Of a stretch of 64,000 bases of DNA, positions 38,361-50,730 are shown one piece after another. A program made the translations under genes and the position numbers. This DNA is from Octopus vulgaris (taxonomy: Eukaryota): assembly GCA_951406725.2 (NCBI GenBank), contig OX597822.1, positions 82,212,001 through 82,276,000 of the forward strand, read 5' to 3'. A model generated the notes under the pieces. It was not told the DNA's origin and did no database searches. It was given only the letters and a program-made list of their open reading frames with translations. Position 1 is the stretch's first letter. Each line of letters begins with the position of its first letter.

Positions 38361-38747
38361 TGAATGACATTATGCCAATCAGTCAGGTATCCCTTCTTTA
38401 GATGTGATCATGGATTGCTCACAATGGCATGCTATCAGATATTATTTTTAGGCATCTCCCTTCTGGGATTAAATATGAACTCTCATGGCATATGGTCAGT
38501 TCCCCTTAATAAAAAGTGTCGAGTTCATTGCATAGTCTAGACAATCGCCAAATCTCGTCTGTCAACATCAAAATAGCTGCAGCTTCGGATAGATATCGTG
38601 GTAAGTACAGGGCTGGAAACACTCCGCCCTACACTCCTCCTGACACATTTCGCGAGATAGTATATGGTAGATGGCAGCTGTAGCAACTGCGACCTCTTCT
38701 CTCAAATATCTGTACAACGGATGGTTTAGCCAAATCTTTCTTTAATA

Positions 38748-38950
38748 TCCTTTCTACTGTAGGCACAAGGCCTGAAATTTTGGATGGCGGAGATTAGGTC
38801 GATTACATCGACACCAGTGCTTAACTGATATTTATTTTAACGACTCCGAAAGGATGAAACGCAAAGTCGACCTCGGCGGCATTTTGAACTCAAGAACGTA
38901 AAGACGGACGAAATGCCGCTAAGCATTTTGCCCGGCGTGCTAACTATTCT
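38748..38950 (-). mobile_element. SINE family B inside Gypsy
   Basis: gaaaggatgaaacgcaaagtcgacctcggcgg...gaactc. Confidence 0.85.
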
Positions 38951-39244
38951 ACCTGGATGTTGGGTTATTTAAGTTGCAGGTCTTCACTAACGTATTGTCT
39001 AGCTGGATACCTTGTCTGCAGATTTCATAGCCTCGGAAGATCAGCTTCTCTGCACGAAAGACACTTCTTTTCGGTATCAGCAATGCTATAGGTGCTGAGT
39101 AACTGCCTTTATTTTCTGCTCCAGCTTAGCAGTAGTGCGGCCACTAGTGAAAATGTCGTCCTAATAAATTATTATCCCGTTGACATCGCCAAATATATTT
39201 TCCGTAGAACATTCAAATATGGCGCTTGTCGCTTATATCCTGCA

Positions 39245-39466
39245 AGGCGGTGAGCTGGCAGACACGTTAGCGCGCTGGGTGAAATGCTTGGCGGTATTTC
39301 GTCTGTCGTTACGTTCTGAGTTCAAATTCCGCCGAGGTCGACTTTGCCTTTCATCCTTTCGGGGTCGATAAATAAAGTACCAGTTTCGCACTGGGGTCGA
39401 TGTAATCGACCTAATCCCTTTGTCTGTCCCCTCTATGTTTAGCCCCTTGTGGGCAATAAAGAAATA
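39245..39466 (+). mobile_element. SINE family B, young, with 11-bp TSD tatatcctgca
   Basis: TSD at 39234-39244 and 39467-39477; full head and core. Confidence 0.93.
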
Positions 39467-39932
39467 TATATCCTGCATGACACACATGTCGAACGTAATA
39501 ACATAAAGGAAGTACTCACAGTTGTTACTTTCTGAATTTCATCAGAAATTGAAATCATTGGCAAGCTTCTTATCTGCCAGCATGAATTATGCCGTCAGGG
39601 TAACAGTCAGAATTTACTCCTACGTTGTAATCTATGCAAATATGTAAATTACTATCGAGCTTGCGCCCAATGGTGAAGCCTACTTCTTTCTGATTCAGCT
39701 CTTTTCATTAAGCCATTGATTGGTATTTACTTCAATTTTGCTACAAGAAGATAAATATGTACAGAAATTTGTCTCGACGATAGGTGAGTGTTCAGCGTTA
39801 GTTTTTAATTTTATTTCGGCTTTAAAACCTTTTAAGCACCCTTTAGATTGTGTGTGATGAATAAGTGAAGGGCTATTACATGTAGGCACCATTCTTTCCA
39901 ATATGATCAATCAACGGCAGTTACGGAAATTA

Positions 39933-40132
39933 TCGTATTTGATGGCATATACAAAATACACTTTCCAAATAAAAAAAAAAAAATTCTGAAAAATATCACC
40001 TGGGTCCTATACTATACGAAATAGGGCCTCCTATAAACTTTCATACACTAAAAGCCTGTCTTCCTGAATATGCGCTGCTAAAATGGCGAGGAATCAAATA
40101 TGTTCGGGCGTCTTTTATGCCGTCAAATACGG
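39933..40132. mobile_element. pogo/Tc1-mariner-type MITE with TA TSD
   Basis: ta-tcgtatttgatggcata ... tatgccgtcaaatacgg-ta. Confidence 0.7.
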
Positions 40133-40441
40133 TACATCGTAATTTCCGTCGCCCAAATGGTCTGAAAATTTCGAAGCAATTGGATGATTGAGCCATTTAA
40201 TTGCTTGAGTCTGCCAATGCAAGATTCCAGATCGTGAGCCATGTTTCCTCCAGACATTTTCGAGATAATGGTGACGTCGCTGACCGTATCTGCTTGCATC
40301 TGTTTTTCAACATTGTTTAATTTAACGGAGGTTGGTGAGTTGGCGTCACTGTCCCTAGATCTGAAGACATTGCTCAACCCTTGGTCACTATCTGCATCAG
40401 CATCAACTGGGAGCATTTCTCAAAGTCTTAACATGTGGCAC

Positions 40442-40586
40442 TCAGTAGCATAGTTAGGGGAGGGCGAGGGGGGGCGTCCTCCCCATTGTTCTGCTGCATA
40501 AGCATGTATAGACTTGTGGGCCCAGAGGGAGGCAGAGACAAACTTAAGTGCCGGATCGGGTGGCACACACTCAAGTTACTTCGCTG
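40442..40586. mobile_element. Small GC-rich MITE
   Basis: Ends cagtagcatagttagggg / caagttacttcgctg (degenerate cagtggcgtagctag-type TIR). Confidence 0.5.
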
Positions 40587-42559
40587 GTGCACTGACAATT
40601 CTATCAACACACTATCATTATGGAACTTCTGTTTATCCTTCTGCCTTTTTTAAATGTTGCTTTCGCGCATTTTTCCAGTCTAAACTCCATCCCCACATCG
40701 GCGGAGATCTGGTAGAACCGTTAGCACGCCGGGGGAAATGCTCAGCAGCATTTCATCTGTCTTTAGGTTCTGAGTTCGAATTCCGCCGAGATCGACTTTT
40801 TTTTTTTTATCCTTTCGGTATCGAAAAAATAAGTGCCAGTTAAGCGGTCAATGAAACCGACTTATCCTTTCCCCTAAAACTGCTGACCTTATGCCAAAAT
40901 TTGAAACCATTATTATAATTAGTAGGAACCAAAATAAAATCAGTAATCGTTTCAAATTGCTATTACCAACAACTCGGTAATAGCATTTCCTGAAACTGCA
41001 AGTGTTCTAATATTCTAGAACGATATGCAGAATTTTGAAGTCCATCAATTTGTTGCATTTGTATAAGGTCATCTTCAGCAGATTGTCCTTCTGCCCCTAA
41101 GTTATCAGCTTCCCAAAAACGGTTTCTCTCAGTAGTTTATCCATATCGATGTATTGGTTCCGATGGCATCTACTTTCGTGTCCTTTCAGCAATAAACAGC
41201 TTCATTGATTTTACAGTATGATATTATAGTTTCCTTTATGTCTGCGAAGTTCATTTCTTCCAACACTTTAGGGTACACCATCACAGATACAATATTCTCA
41301 AATCCTACTTTGGCGAAGAAATAAAAGATCGTTTATTTCTCTTTTATCAACAGAGCCTTTGAGTTACTTTGTTCTAGAACTGGCTGAAAGACATCGTAAC
41401 AAGGATTTAATCAAATCGGAATCAGACAGCATTAGTTCTCCACAGCTGGTCGATAGCGCCATTGTTATGTCTTCCACTTTTCTTCCCATGGCCACCAGTT
41501 CGTGTCACATGACGTCGTCATGCAAAACTCGTGCAACACTTCTGTTATAAAACAATAATAACACTACGCTTAATTCACATGATATCGCTGGGTGAAAAGG
41601 TCGGTTGGATCAGAGTTCGAAGTTCAGTTAAAGAGGCAAGTATTTTACATCAAAAGTATTTTTCCATAATAATGTAGGCCTCTAGCAAAAACTGATTGAA
41701 AAATGCATCGAAGAGAAAACATGCGCTAGATCAGAGATCGAATACGATATTTGATGAGACATGGGGAGCAGAAAGAAGAAAATATATGAGAGGGATATCA
41801 AAAGTGATACAAGTGCATATTGGAAAAGGGCAAATTTTGCAAAATGTTCGTTCAAAAGTACGTCGGAAAGACGAACGACATGAAACATTTACGATAATAC
41901 GTCATAGAACAGCCATGCATACATATACACACACATACATAAATACGTACAGACATAGACCACATACACATAAACACGCTGACACATACACACGCGCATA
42001 CATATAATAATGCACACATGCATATACATACAGACGCGCAAACACACACACACACATTCATATAAAAATACACACATGCATATACATAGACATGAGTGCG
42101 CGCACACACATGTATTAATACACATGTACATATATACAAAAAAAAAACATACGAACATGCACATCTATACTCATAGGCATTGAACCAACAAAGGAGCTTC
42201 TTAAGTGGTCATTACACCAGCTAGAAATATCAGCCAAATCTTTTACAAATGACATACCACCGTTTAAAACAAAAGAAAAAAAACACATTTCACATTCACA
42301 CTGTGTCTAAATAAAAGGCGGGATGTTGAACATAAGTGGCCTGCTAGCTCAAAACTGGACATCATTATCATCGAAATGTGTGTTCGTGCAGACAGATATG
42401 CACAGACAGATATATATATATATATATATTCACACTACCTTAAAACCTGTCAAATTTCCTGAACAAGACGAGATGACAGCTAAACGTCACGACTGGCGTA
42501 TTGAATACCAAATGTACTCTTATACATCAGTCACACTAAACATCACTTATGCATTCCGT

Positions 42560-42775
42560 TGGCACATCAAGGCCTTGACGCGAGTTCAACTTCGTCACAG
42601 CGCACCATCTTGAATATCAGATGGCAGGATCGCATTACTGATGTAGAGGCCCTGCTTCGCGCTGGCGCAATCAGTGTGGAGGCGCTCATTACCTTATCAC
42701 AGCTGCACTGAGTGGAAGATGTTTGCAGGCTGGAGGGCGGCCGGCCCCCAAGGGCATTTTTCTATGCTGAACTTC
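42560..42775 (+). mobile_element. RTE LINE fragment
   Basis: HIKALTRVQLRH / TILNIRWQDRITDVEALLRAGAISVEALITLSQLH*VEDVCRLEGGRPPRAFFYAEL. Confidence 0.8.
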
Positions 42776-43744
42776 GTACAAAAATAGCATATCAGTTGAA
42801 TTAAAGTTAAAACACAGACTGGTTTTAGCGTTTTTTATTAAGGTATTTTAACAATATATATATATATATATATATATAATATGGTATTTTAACTATATAT
42901 ATATTATATACATATAAATTACATATATCTCACGAGATGACATTACCGACCAGACAATCAGAAGTCGTTTCACATCGCTGGTTACAATACGCTTTGCATC
43001 ATTTTAGCCTTCGAATGACATCATCCTGTTGGCTAGGCGAGCAGGCCAATATGTGTGTGTGTATGTGTGTGTCTTTATTGTATGTCAAGTTATATCTAAA
43101 ACCAATTTTTACCTTAAACTAAAGGATTAAGCAGCACTTTTGTAGAGTAGATTCTTATCGTATTTACACGAATAGTGCTGACAGTGACTCTGAAGTTTCG
43201 GCCTCCTTGGTCTTCAATGCAGAGTCTGAACAAGGTTAAGCTGGCCGATACTTCGAAGCCATTGTAAGCACTATTTTTTTTTTTTTTGTTAGAGAATAGG
43301 GTGTATGTGACCTAGTGGTTAGGATAGGCATGAGTCACCGTTTCCAAGAAGTGAGCTGCATGAGACATTGCTCATTATCAGACGGGCCGCACTACAAAAA
43401 GAAATTCAAAGTAATTTTTGATTGGCGTGCCATCCAGAAGGTCACACTAGAGGCTGGTTGTCCATGACTGTATTAGAGTGTTGTACTCACGATTGCGTGA
43501 TTGAAGTTTTGATTTCCGGATTGGGCAGCGCCTTGTGTTTTTGAACTAAAGACCTCGTCTCCTGTTATTCTGCGTTCATTTTGACATCTGACATATGAAA
43601 CACAATGTACCTGTTCAGGCAACATCGATTTGTTGGTGGGAGGGACAAACATCTGATCCCTATAAACAACTCGTGTGTGCAGGTTGTTCAAGAAAACATT
43701 GTAGAACCCCTTATCTCTCGTTCACGACAGGAGAGTCTACCGTA

Positions 43745-44006
43745 TAGACAAATAAAGAGACAGACAGACACACAGGCAGGCAAATAGACAGATAAACAGG
43801 CAGGCAAACAGACAGATAAACAGACAGACAGATAAACAGACAGACAGGCAAACAGACAGATAAACAAACAGATAAACAAACAGACAGACAGACAAACAAA
43901 CAGACAGACAAACAGATAAACAAACAGACAGACAAACAGATAAACAAACAGACAGACAAACAGATAGGCAGGCAAACAGACAGGCAGGCAAACAGATAGA
44001 CAGATA
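43745..44006. repeat. (ACAG/ATAA/GCAG)n tetranucleotide array
   Basis: Direct inspection. Confidence 0.95.
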
Positions 44007-44014
44007 ACTTAAGT

Positions 44015-45460
44015 GAGGCAAAGGATAAGTTATCAAAATATATTGTTTTAAAATCATATGCACTAGATTATATGCTAAAACTGAAAATATATATGAAAAT
44101 ATGCTCAAAATATATTTAAAATACATTGAAAATATAGAGATATAAATATTTTTTTTAAATATATCGAAACTGTACGAAAATATATAATCACACTTACTTT
44201 TCAAAACGATTTTAAAATACGAAATAAAAATATAACGTATTGTCAATCCAAAAGTTTTGTATCTCGCTTAAAATGTAGGTATATAAAAATGGCTGAATCA
44301 ATTTGTACGATTACAGTTCTTTTGAGTTATGGCGGGTTTCTGATAAGGATATGAAGCTACTCTTAAGAAGAAGCTATTTATAATATTAGAGATGGTAAGT
44401 TGATTTTATTACTACCCACAAGGGGCGAACATAGAGGGGACGATACAATCTGATGTGGGGTCAGACATACGGATGGTTTTTACAAAAAATCGGATTTAAA
44501 AATAACATGAAATTACAAGAATATACACAAAATCGAATGATGAAACAGACCGGAAGATGGTCCAACCCAAATTTTGTATTTCATATTTATTGGAATTATT
44601 ATTTTATTGTGTGGAGTTAACTAGAAGTTTAAGGATCGAATAGTACCTACGTCTACCAGAAACAATGGCGTCCGAAAACCTATTCAACATTAGGGAGTTA
44701 TACGTACACAGAATAGTCAGGGATTCCCTAATACAAAAATTACATTTACGTGTGTATGAATTATAAGGGGAGGTTTCTGTTACTATTGACCAGGATAATT
44801 CATACTGTATGTTCTGCATTTTAAAATTGTGGATATGTGTAGCTAAAGAAGTAGAAAATCTCGTTCTAATGTTAATAAAAGAATTCAAATGTGCCCGACA
44901 TCTAATAATAATTCCAATAACTATGAAATACAAAATTTTGTTTGGACCATCTTCAACCTACCATCTCTAATATTATAAATAGTTTCTTCTTAATAGTAGC
45001 TTAATATATTCATAAAGATTTGTCAGAAACGGATCGCCCATTACCCAAAATAAATGTAATCGTACAAATTGAATCATCCTTAATGAAGGAGACGGTGGTA
45101 TTGAGTTAACTTAAGTTCATTTTTGCATAATTGTTCCCTCAGAAACGGCCGTCGGATGTGAACCCCTGGATGTTATACTTCTAAATGGATTCATTTTTAT
45201 ATACCTAGATTTTAAGCGAGTTACAAAACTTTTGGATTGACAATTCGTTATATTTTTATTTCGTATTTTAATATCGTTTTTAAAAGTAAGAGTGATTATA
45301 TATTTTCGTACAGTTTCGATAAATTTTAAAAATATATTTATATCTATATATTTTTAATGTATTTTAAATATATTTTGTGCATATTTTCATATAAATATAC
45401 TCTTAGCACATAATGCATGATTTTAAAAATGAATATATTTTGATAGCTTATCCTTGTCTC
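44015..45460 (-). mobile_element. Penelope-like relic: GIY-YIG endonuclease C-terminal fragment (44610-44903) between long inverted arms
   Basis: RCRAHLNSF...STSLATHIHNFK...LSWSIV...PY...KCNFCIRESLTIL...LNR is the PLE endonuclease C-terminus. Arms 44015-44603 and 44903-45460 are reverse complements, each with one private insertion. Confidence 0.8.
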
Positions 45461-45554
45461 TCTTTAGTATTCTCTATTTCTTTCTATAGCTCAGTCACGC
45501 TGAGTGCTTCCATGGGAGCTATATAGAGAGATAATTCTGTCTCTAAAAAATATA

Positions 45555-45600
<46 letters not shown>

Positions 45601-45694
45601 CCTTCCCCTCCCCTTCTCTCCCCCTCTTCTCCCCCTCCCCCTCTTCTCCTCACTACACCACACGACTTTACACATCACATCATATATGATGTGC

Positions 45695-45970
45695 CATACT
45701 AATACATACACCAACCCTATACATACACACGTCCAGACCCCTCATACGCACTTATACTCTCTCATACACACACACACACACTTATACATACTAATACGTA
45801 CTAATACATACTAATACATACTAATACATACACCAACCCCATACATACGCACGTCCAGACCTATCCTACGCACTAATACTCTCTCATACACACACACACA
45901 CCCTTATACATACTAATACATACACCAACCCTATACATACACACGTCCAGACCCCTCCTACGCACTAATA
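45695..45970. repeat. Three-unit minisatellite (~95-115 bp)
   Basis: catactaatacatacaccaaccc(t/c)atacatac(a/g)cacgtccagacc...tacgcact occurs three times. Confidence 0.85.
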
Positions 45971-46138
45971 GCTGGTCATTCAACCCTATTATCAACCCTA
46001 TTATCTCCCCTTATTTCGCTCTCGCGTCTCATGTTTGATCTTTGACCTCTGGCCGAAATCAGATCGCCATGTTGATTCGTTAGTTACTGCACGCATTTTT
46101 TTTCTCTCCTTCTTTCTGTGTTTTTTTCTCTCTGTGTA

Positions 46139-46176
46139 TCTTTCTGTTGAAGAGCGTAGGCTCGAAACGTTAAAGA
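46139..46176 (+). ncRNA. Hammerhead motif with CUGUUGA core in a ~200-bp unit (46090-46290) ending in (TA)n
   Basis: tcttt-CTGTTGA-a-gagc(gtag)gctc-GAAAC-GTT-aaaga; perfect stems I and II. Confidence 0.7.
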
Positions 46177-46442
46177 CTTGTTTTATTTATATTTCCTGAG
46201 CGCCATACTAATACAATTGTTTGTTTGTTTTCCACCTGCCTTCGTCTTTTGTCTATTTTCATAAAGCTTCCCGTTATATATATATATATGTACATACATA
46301 TACACAAACACAAGGACGAAGTCAAAACTCATCACTTTGACCAAAACTTTCTTCAGGCTGGCTGCGCTTCCTTCGGCGCTCGTGTGCTGAAATATTGTAC
46401 TCTGGCGGTTACATAACCGAGGTTTGACTTTGGTCGCTCCAG

Positions 46443-46479
<37 letters not shown>

Positions 46480-46759
46480 CACGACCGTTTCATTGACTGT
46501 CTTGCATGAAGGAAGACAGAGGTCAGTAACCATATTTCTCTGGTCTGAAGATGTGTCAAGGGCTGAAATTTATTGTAGACTTTTAGTATAATACGGAGAC
46601 AGCACCAGTAGCAGCTCGTGTATAGGCACTGCAGAACTGCAGCCACCCCCCTATTTTTACTTAATATTATCGATAACATTCAATATAATGAGTCCTTTTT
46701 TTCTTTAATTCTTTCTTTATACTTATACATTAAAATCCTTAAGTTTAATGTCAGTAGCC

Positions 46760-47690
46760 ATCCCCTAGTTTATGAAAAAATACAAAAATCCCGTATAGAA
46801 ATATGCGCTTCACAGTTCCAGGGATGCAGTGTTTGGCTGTTGTACGCATGCTCACATGTCCAAGATAGGAAGCTTCTCGCTAGGGAGAGAGAGCACTGTG
46901 ATTCACGCAGTTTCAACCCTGGTGAGCTGGTGAAAGGTAGTGATTCTTTTTGACTCCGCATGTGTTGTACTTAAAAACGTGTTTATATTCTTGAATGTGA
47001 TAAAGTGTAGAATTAGATTATCATCCTGCTTCCAGTGTTGCTGCCAGGATTTGAAAATATATATATATACAGCGTATTTAGAGAGAATAGTTACAGGAAA
47101 TGAGACTTGGATCCATCACTTTGAGCCAAATTCCAAATAGCAGAGTATGAAGTGGAAAGATCTGGAATCGCCAGTGAAAAAGAAATTCATGACTCAGCCC
47201 TTCGCAAGAAAACTGATGCTAACCATTATTTGGGACGCAAAAGGGTCCATACTGAAAGGGTCGCCTGGAAAAGAAGTCTATAGTCACCAGTGTCGGGTAC
47301 AGTGAAATGATGGCCAACAAACTGGAACCAACAATTTGCACCAAACGCCGGAGTCTATTGTCAAAGCAAGTGTGATTGTTGCACAGCAATGCACGCTCAC
47401 ATACGGTCGTTTGCACCGTTGAAACCATTAAGAAATTGGGTTTCCAGTTGCTAGAACAGTCTGCAAACAGATCCTGATCTGGCCCTGTCGCCTCTTTGGA
47501 CCGCTCAAACATCCTTTACGAGGTGGTCGATTTGCCGAGGACTAAGAAGCGCAGGAAGCGGTTCATAAATGGCTGCACAAGTCGAAAACCTTCTCCTCAG
47601 ATGAAATAAGCAAGCTTGTGGACCGCTAGAAGAAGTGTATCAAAAAGCAAAGAGACTATGTTGAAAAATGATGTAATTGTTCAACCCTTA
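46760..47690 (+). mobile_element. Decayed mariner (DD34D-type) transposon
   Basis: LERIVTGNETWIHHFEPNSK*QSMKWK...KLMLTIIWDAKG...LLHSNARSHT...GFQLLEQ. Confidence 0.88.
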
Positions 47691-48190
47691 CATACACACA
47701 CATTTATATATATGTGTGTGTGTGTATGTATATGAGAGAGGGAGGGCAGACAAGCGGACTTGTTACGTATAAGCTATTGTACCAATGACTGAGGTACAAG
47801 ACTATTCCGAATGTGGTCTTTCAAGGTGTTTATTGTATACCAAACTCTCTGTATAAGACGGTTACAAGCTTCTCATCAGTTACAACAAAAACCTGTTTAA
47901 TTATTACGCCTACATCAATATAATGTGTACATAGATACATCATAATTCAATAACTGGGCCGATTTTAGTAGCCATCACTTTGTCGTTGTTAAATGCGGTC
48001 TTGACACTACTGTACATTGCGGGTCCCATCGATTTACTTTCATTTATCTAATACTTTTGTTCTTTTTATAAAGAAATATGACACACTTCTCAATATATAT
48101 GTGTGTGTGTCTGTGTATCGAGAAGTGTGTCATCATACTTCTCTCTCTCTCTCTCTCTCTCACTCCCCATCTCTCTCATATGTATATATA

Positions 48191-48256
<66 letters not shown>

Positions 48257-48259
<3 letters not shown>

Positions 48260-48530
48260 CAAATAAGAAAATGGAGAAACAAATTTAGTTCGTTCATCAA
48301 CCTACGGATATTATAATGTTAGATTATTTATTCATTTTACAAATGAGGACATCAAAAGCATACAAAATATTATATAAATCAATAGATAAGATAATAATAC
48401 AAATACAGATTTTAAAAGTCATATTATAAATTATTGAAATCCAGAAATTACTTCTTACGGCTGTTTCAGCCTATGGTCAAAATGATATCCCATAGTGGGT
48501 TACACCCATAACCCCTATCTTACTTTGTAC
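48257..48530 (-). mobile_element. PLE-pLTR-like repeat (paralog of 63437-63690) between (TA)n tracts
   Basis: Shared tacaaataagaaaatggagaaacaa and tatccc(a/t)tagtgggtt(a/g)cacccataaccccta; residual half hammerhead GAAAC-AGCC-GTA at 48455-48467. Confidence 0.6.
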
Positions 48531-48917
48531 TATATATATATATATATAGTTAAAAATTATACCAAAACAATATACAGAGACAGGTAACAACAAACAAAGT
48601 ATATCAGTTTGACGCTCAGGAAAACTGGAAGATATCAAGAGAAAACAGGTGGAGAAAAAATGGAGGGAGAAAAATGTGCGTGAATTATATGTATAACGTA
48701 GAGCTTAGAAAGTTGGATAATATCTACTTTCTATGTTCTTCGTTATATATTTTAATAATTACTGGTATTTTTGTACTTTATATTTTATATATGTAAAGCA
48801 TAATATGTTATACATGTATGTATATTGTTATAATTGTCTTTTTAAAAAATAAATAGACGTAATATAATGTCTAAAAGTTGATGAATACCACCTCATGATC
48901 CCTCCATTTTTTTATTG

Positions 48918-48957
<40 letters not shown>

Positions 48958-49524
48958 ATATAAAATTGTGTTTACTAGGTTAACAAAAGAACTCTTGACT
49001 AGATACACAATCTAACACAAACCAAGGCCATTACTAAGTCTACGATCTATCATCGATTCTTCTGATCTCAACAAGTAACTGATATCCTTTTTAATTGATC
49101 ATAGAAGGATGAACAGAAAAATCAGAATCGGTGGGATTTGAATTGAGAAAGTAAAGGAAACGTAACAAAACCTTAGAAAACATTTTATTCAAAGCTCTAC
49201 CACTTTTGCAAATCCATTGGCTTAAATGTTTGTAGATATCAGAGGGCTAAATTATTATTGTTGAAGACTTGACCTTTCATTCTTCCTGGATAGATAAAGT
49301 AAGTATCATTTAAATACTGGAATCGATGGAGTTGATTGTTCTCTCCTCTATAAACGTGTGGCTTTCTCGCTTTGTTAGAAGCCATTAATATTGCTTTGTT
49401 AATTATCAGTAAATAACTTGACCATCTCGGCATTTCTGCCCTGCAATGGCTGATATATCATACTCCCTCTCTCCCTCGCTCGCCATCTGTCTACCCACCC
49501 AATCCATCTATCCATATCTGTCTG

Positions 49525-49646
<122 letters not shown>

Positions 49647-50523
49647 TCTGTCTGCCTGTCTGTCTGTTTAGCTAAATTTTTCTCGGAGGCCCTGTGTATA
49701 TGGGATTACAATATCTAATGTACCCTTTATTTTTCTTAACTATAGAAGGAATTGATTTGAGGGAGGTTTGGGTGTTATTTCTTGCATGTCAAGCGATCGC
49801 TTTGAGGCTACCTGGTTGGCTTCGTCTCCAGAGTTTGAAATATTCGATGAAATCATGTTGTTTTGTTTTTATCTGCCTTTACTCTTTTGATGGTTTAGTC
49901 AGGAGAGGAGAGGCAGTGACCATTATCCTTTTTTCAGCATCTCACAGACTGGTAGCCAATGTCGTCTTAAGGCACGAGCATATGGGGCAGTTGTCCAGGA
50001 GCCTCACGGGTCTAGGGATCCAATTTTGACCTATGTATGTTGTGGTTTGCTGTCAATAAATAAATACTCTACGGAGCCGAGCATCGATTTTTCCCGTTCA
50101 ACCTGCTATAAACAGTAGACAAATCTCTCTTAAACCACTCTCTATCACCTTGAAAAAAGAGTACTGGTGTTGTAGTCTTGGTACAATTATACCAGAAAAA
50201 AGATGAGTTGGTCATCGGCGAAGGTTTCCTAAGCTTGGGCCGATGTGGGCTTAAACAACAACTGGCATTTATTGCTCGAGTACAATGTTAGAATATAGAA
50301 ATCGGGATGGGGGGAGGGTGCTTACGAATGATTAAAATTTTGAATTGGCAATTATGTCATGCTTAATGTGTACATCCTTGATAGGCCATTTACTGCAATG
50401 TTTGTCCAGAGATGACACAATAAATATCAGTCATTTGGCTGGTTGCGTGTACGCGACATTGAAAATGCTCAAAAAGGCTGAAATGCACCCGGCGTTCACT
50501 CTGGTCGTTGCTGAGACAAATTT

Positions 50524-50524
<1 letters not shown>

Positions 50525-50559
<35 letters not shown>

Positions 50560-50730
50560 GTAATGAAATTATTGTATACAGTGCTCAGGTGCACCACAAC
50601 TTGTCAAAAGTGCGTATAAAGCATATGCAGTAATGTACAAATGTCTGGAAAGGGAACAGTGTATGAGTCAGATACATGCTTGCGTGTGTATGGAGGGGAG
50701 AAAATCAGGTGTAGTGTTCTGATAATTTTT
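50525..50730 (-). mobile_element. LINE 3' end with (ATT)n tail (CR1/L2-like)
   Basis: Reverse complement ends ttgtggtgcacctgagcactgtatacaataatttc-(att)n. Confidence 0.55.

Larger units (their letters stand above)
38365..41890 (-). mobile_element. Decayed Ty3/Gypsy LTR retrotransposon with nested insertions
   Basis: gag-like MVYPKVLEEMNFADIKETI / FIAERT / AEDDLIQM (41.3-41.0 kb); RT GCLKGFKAEIKLK, LHICIDYNVGVN, SAIFECSTENIFGDVNGIIIY*DDIF, LIFRGYEICRQGI; RNase H end EFIFNP; PBS-like tgacgacg at about 41520. Confidence 0.8.

Noticed and set aside
43186-43226. Hammerhead-like motif on the minus strand (ctgcattgaagaccaaggaggccgaaac)
   Set aside because: Core and stem II are disrupted; at best a dead relic.
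45695-45970. CRISPR-like repeat-spacer pattern
   Set aside because: The 'spacers' are themselves repeated, and the context is eukaryotic with no cas genes; it is a minisatellite.
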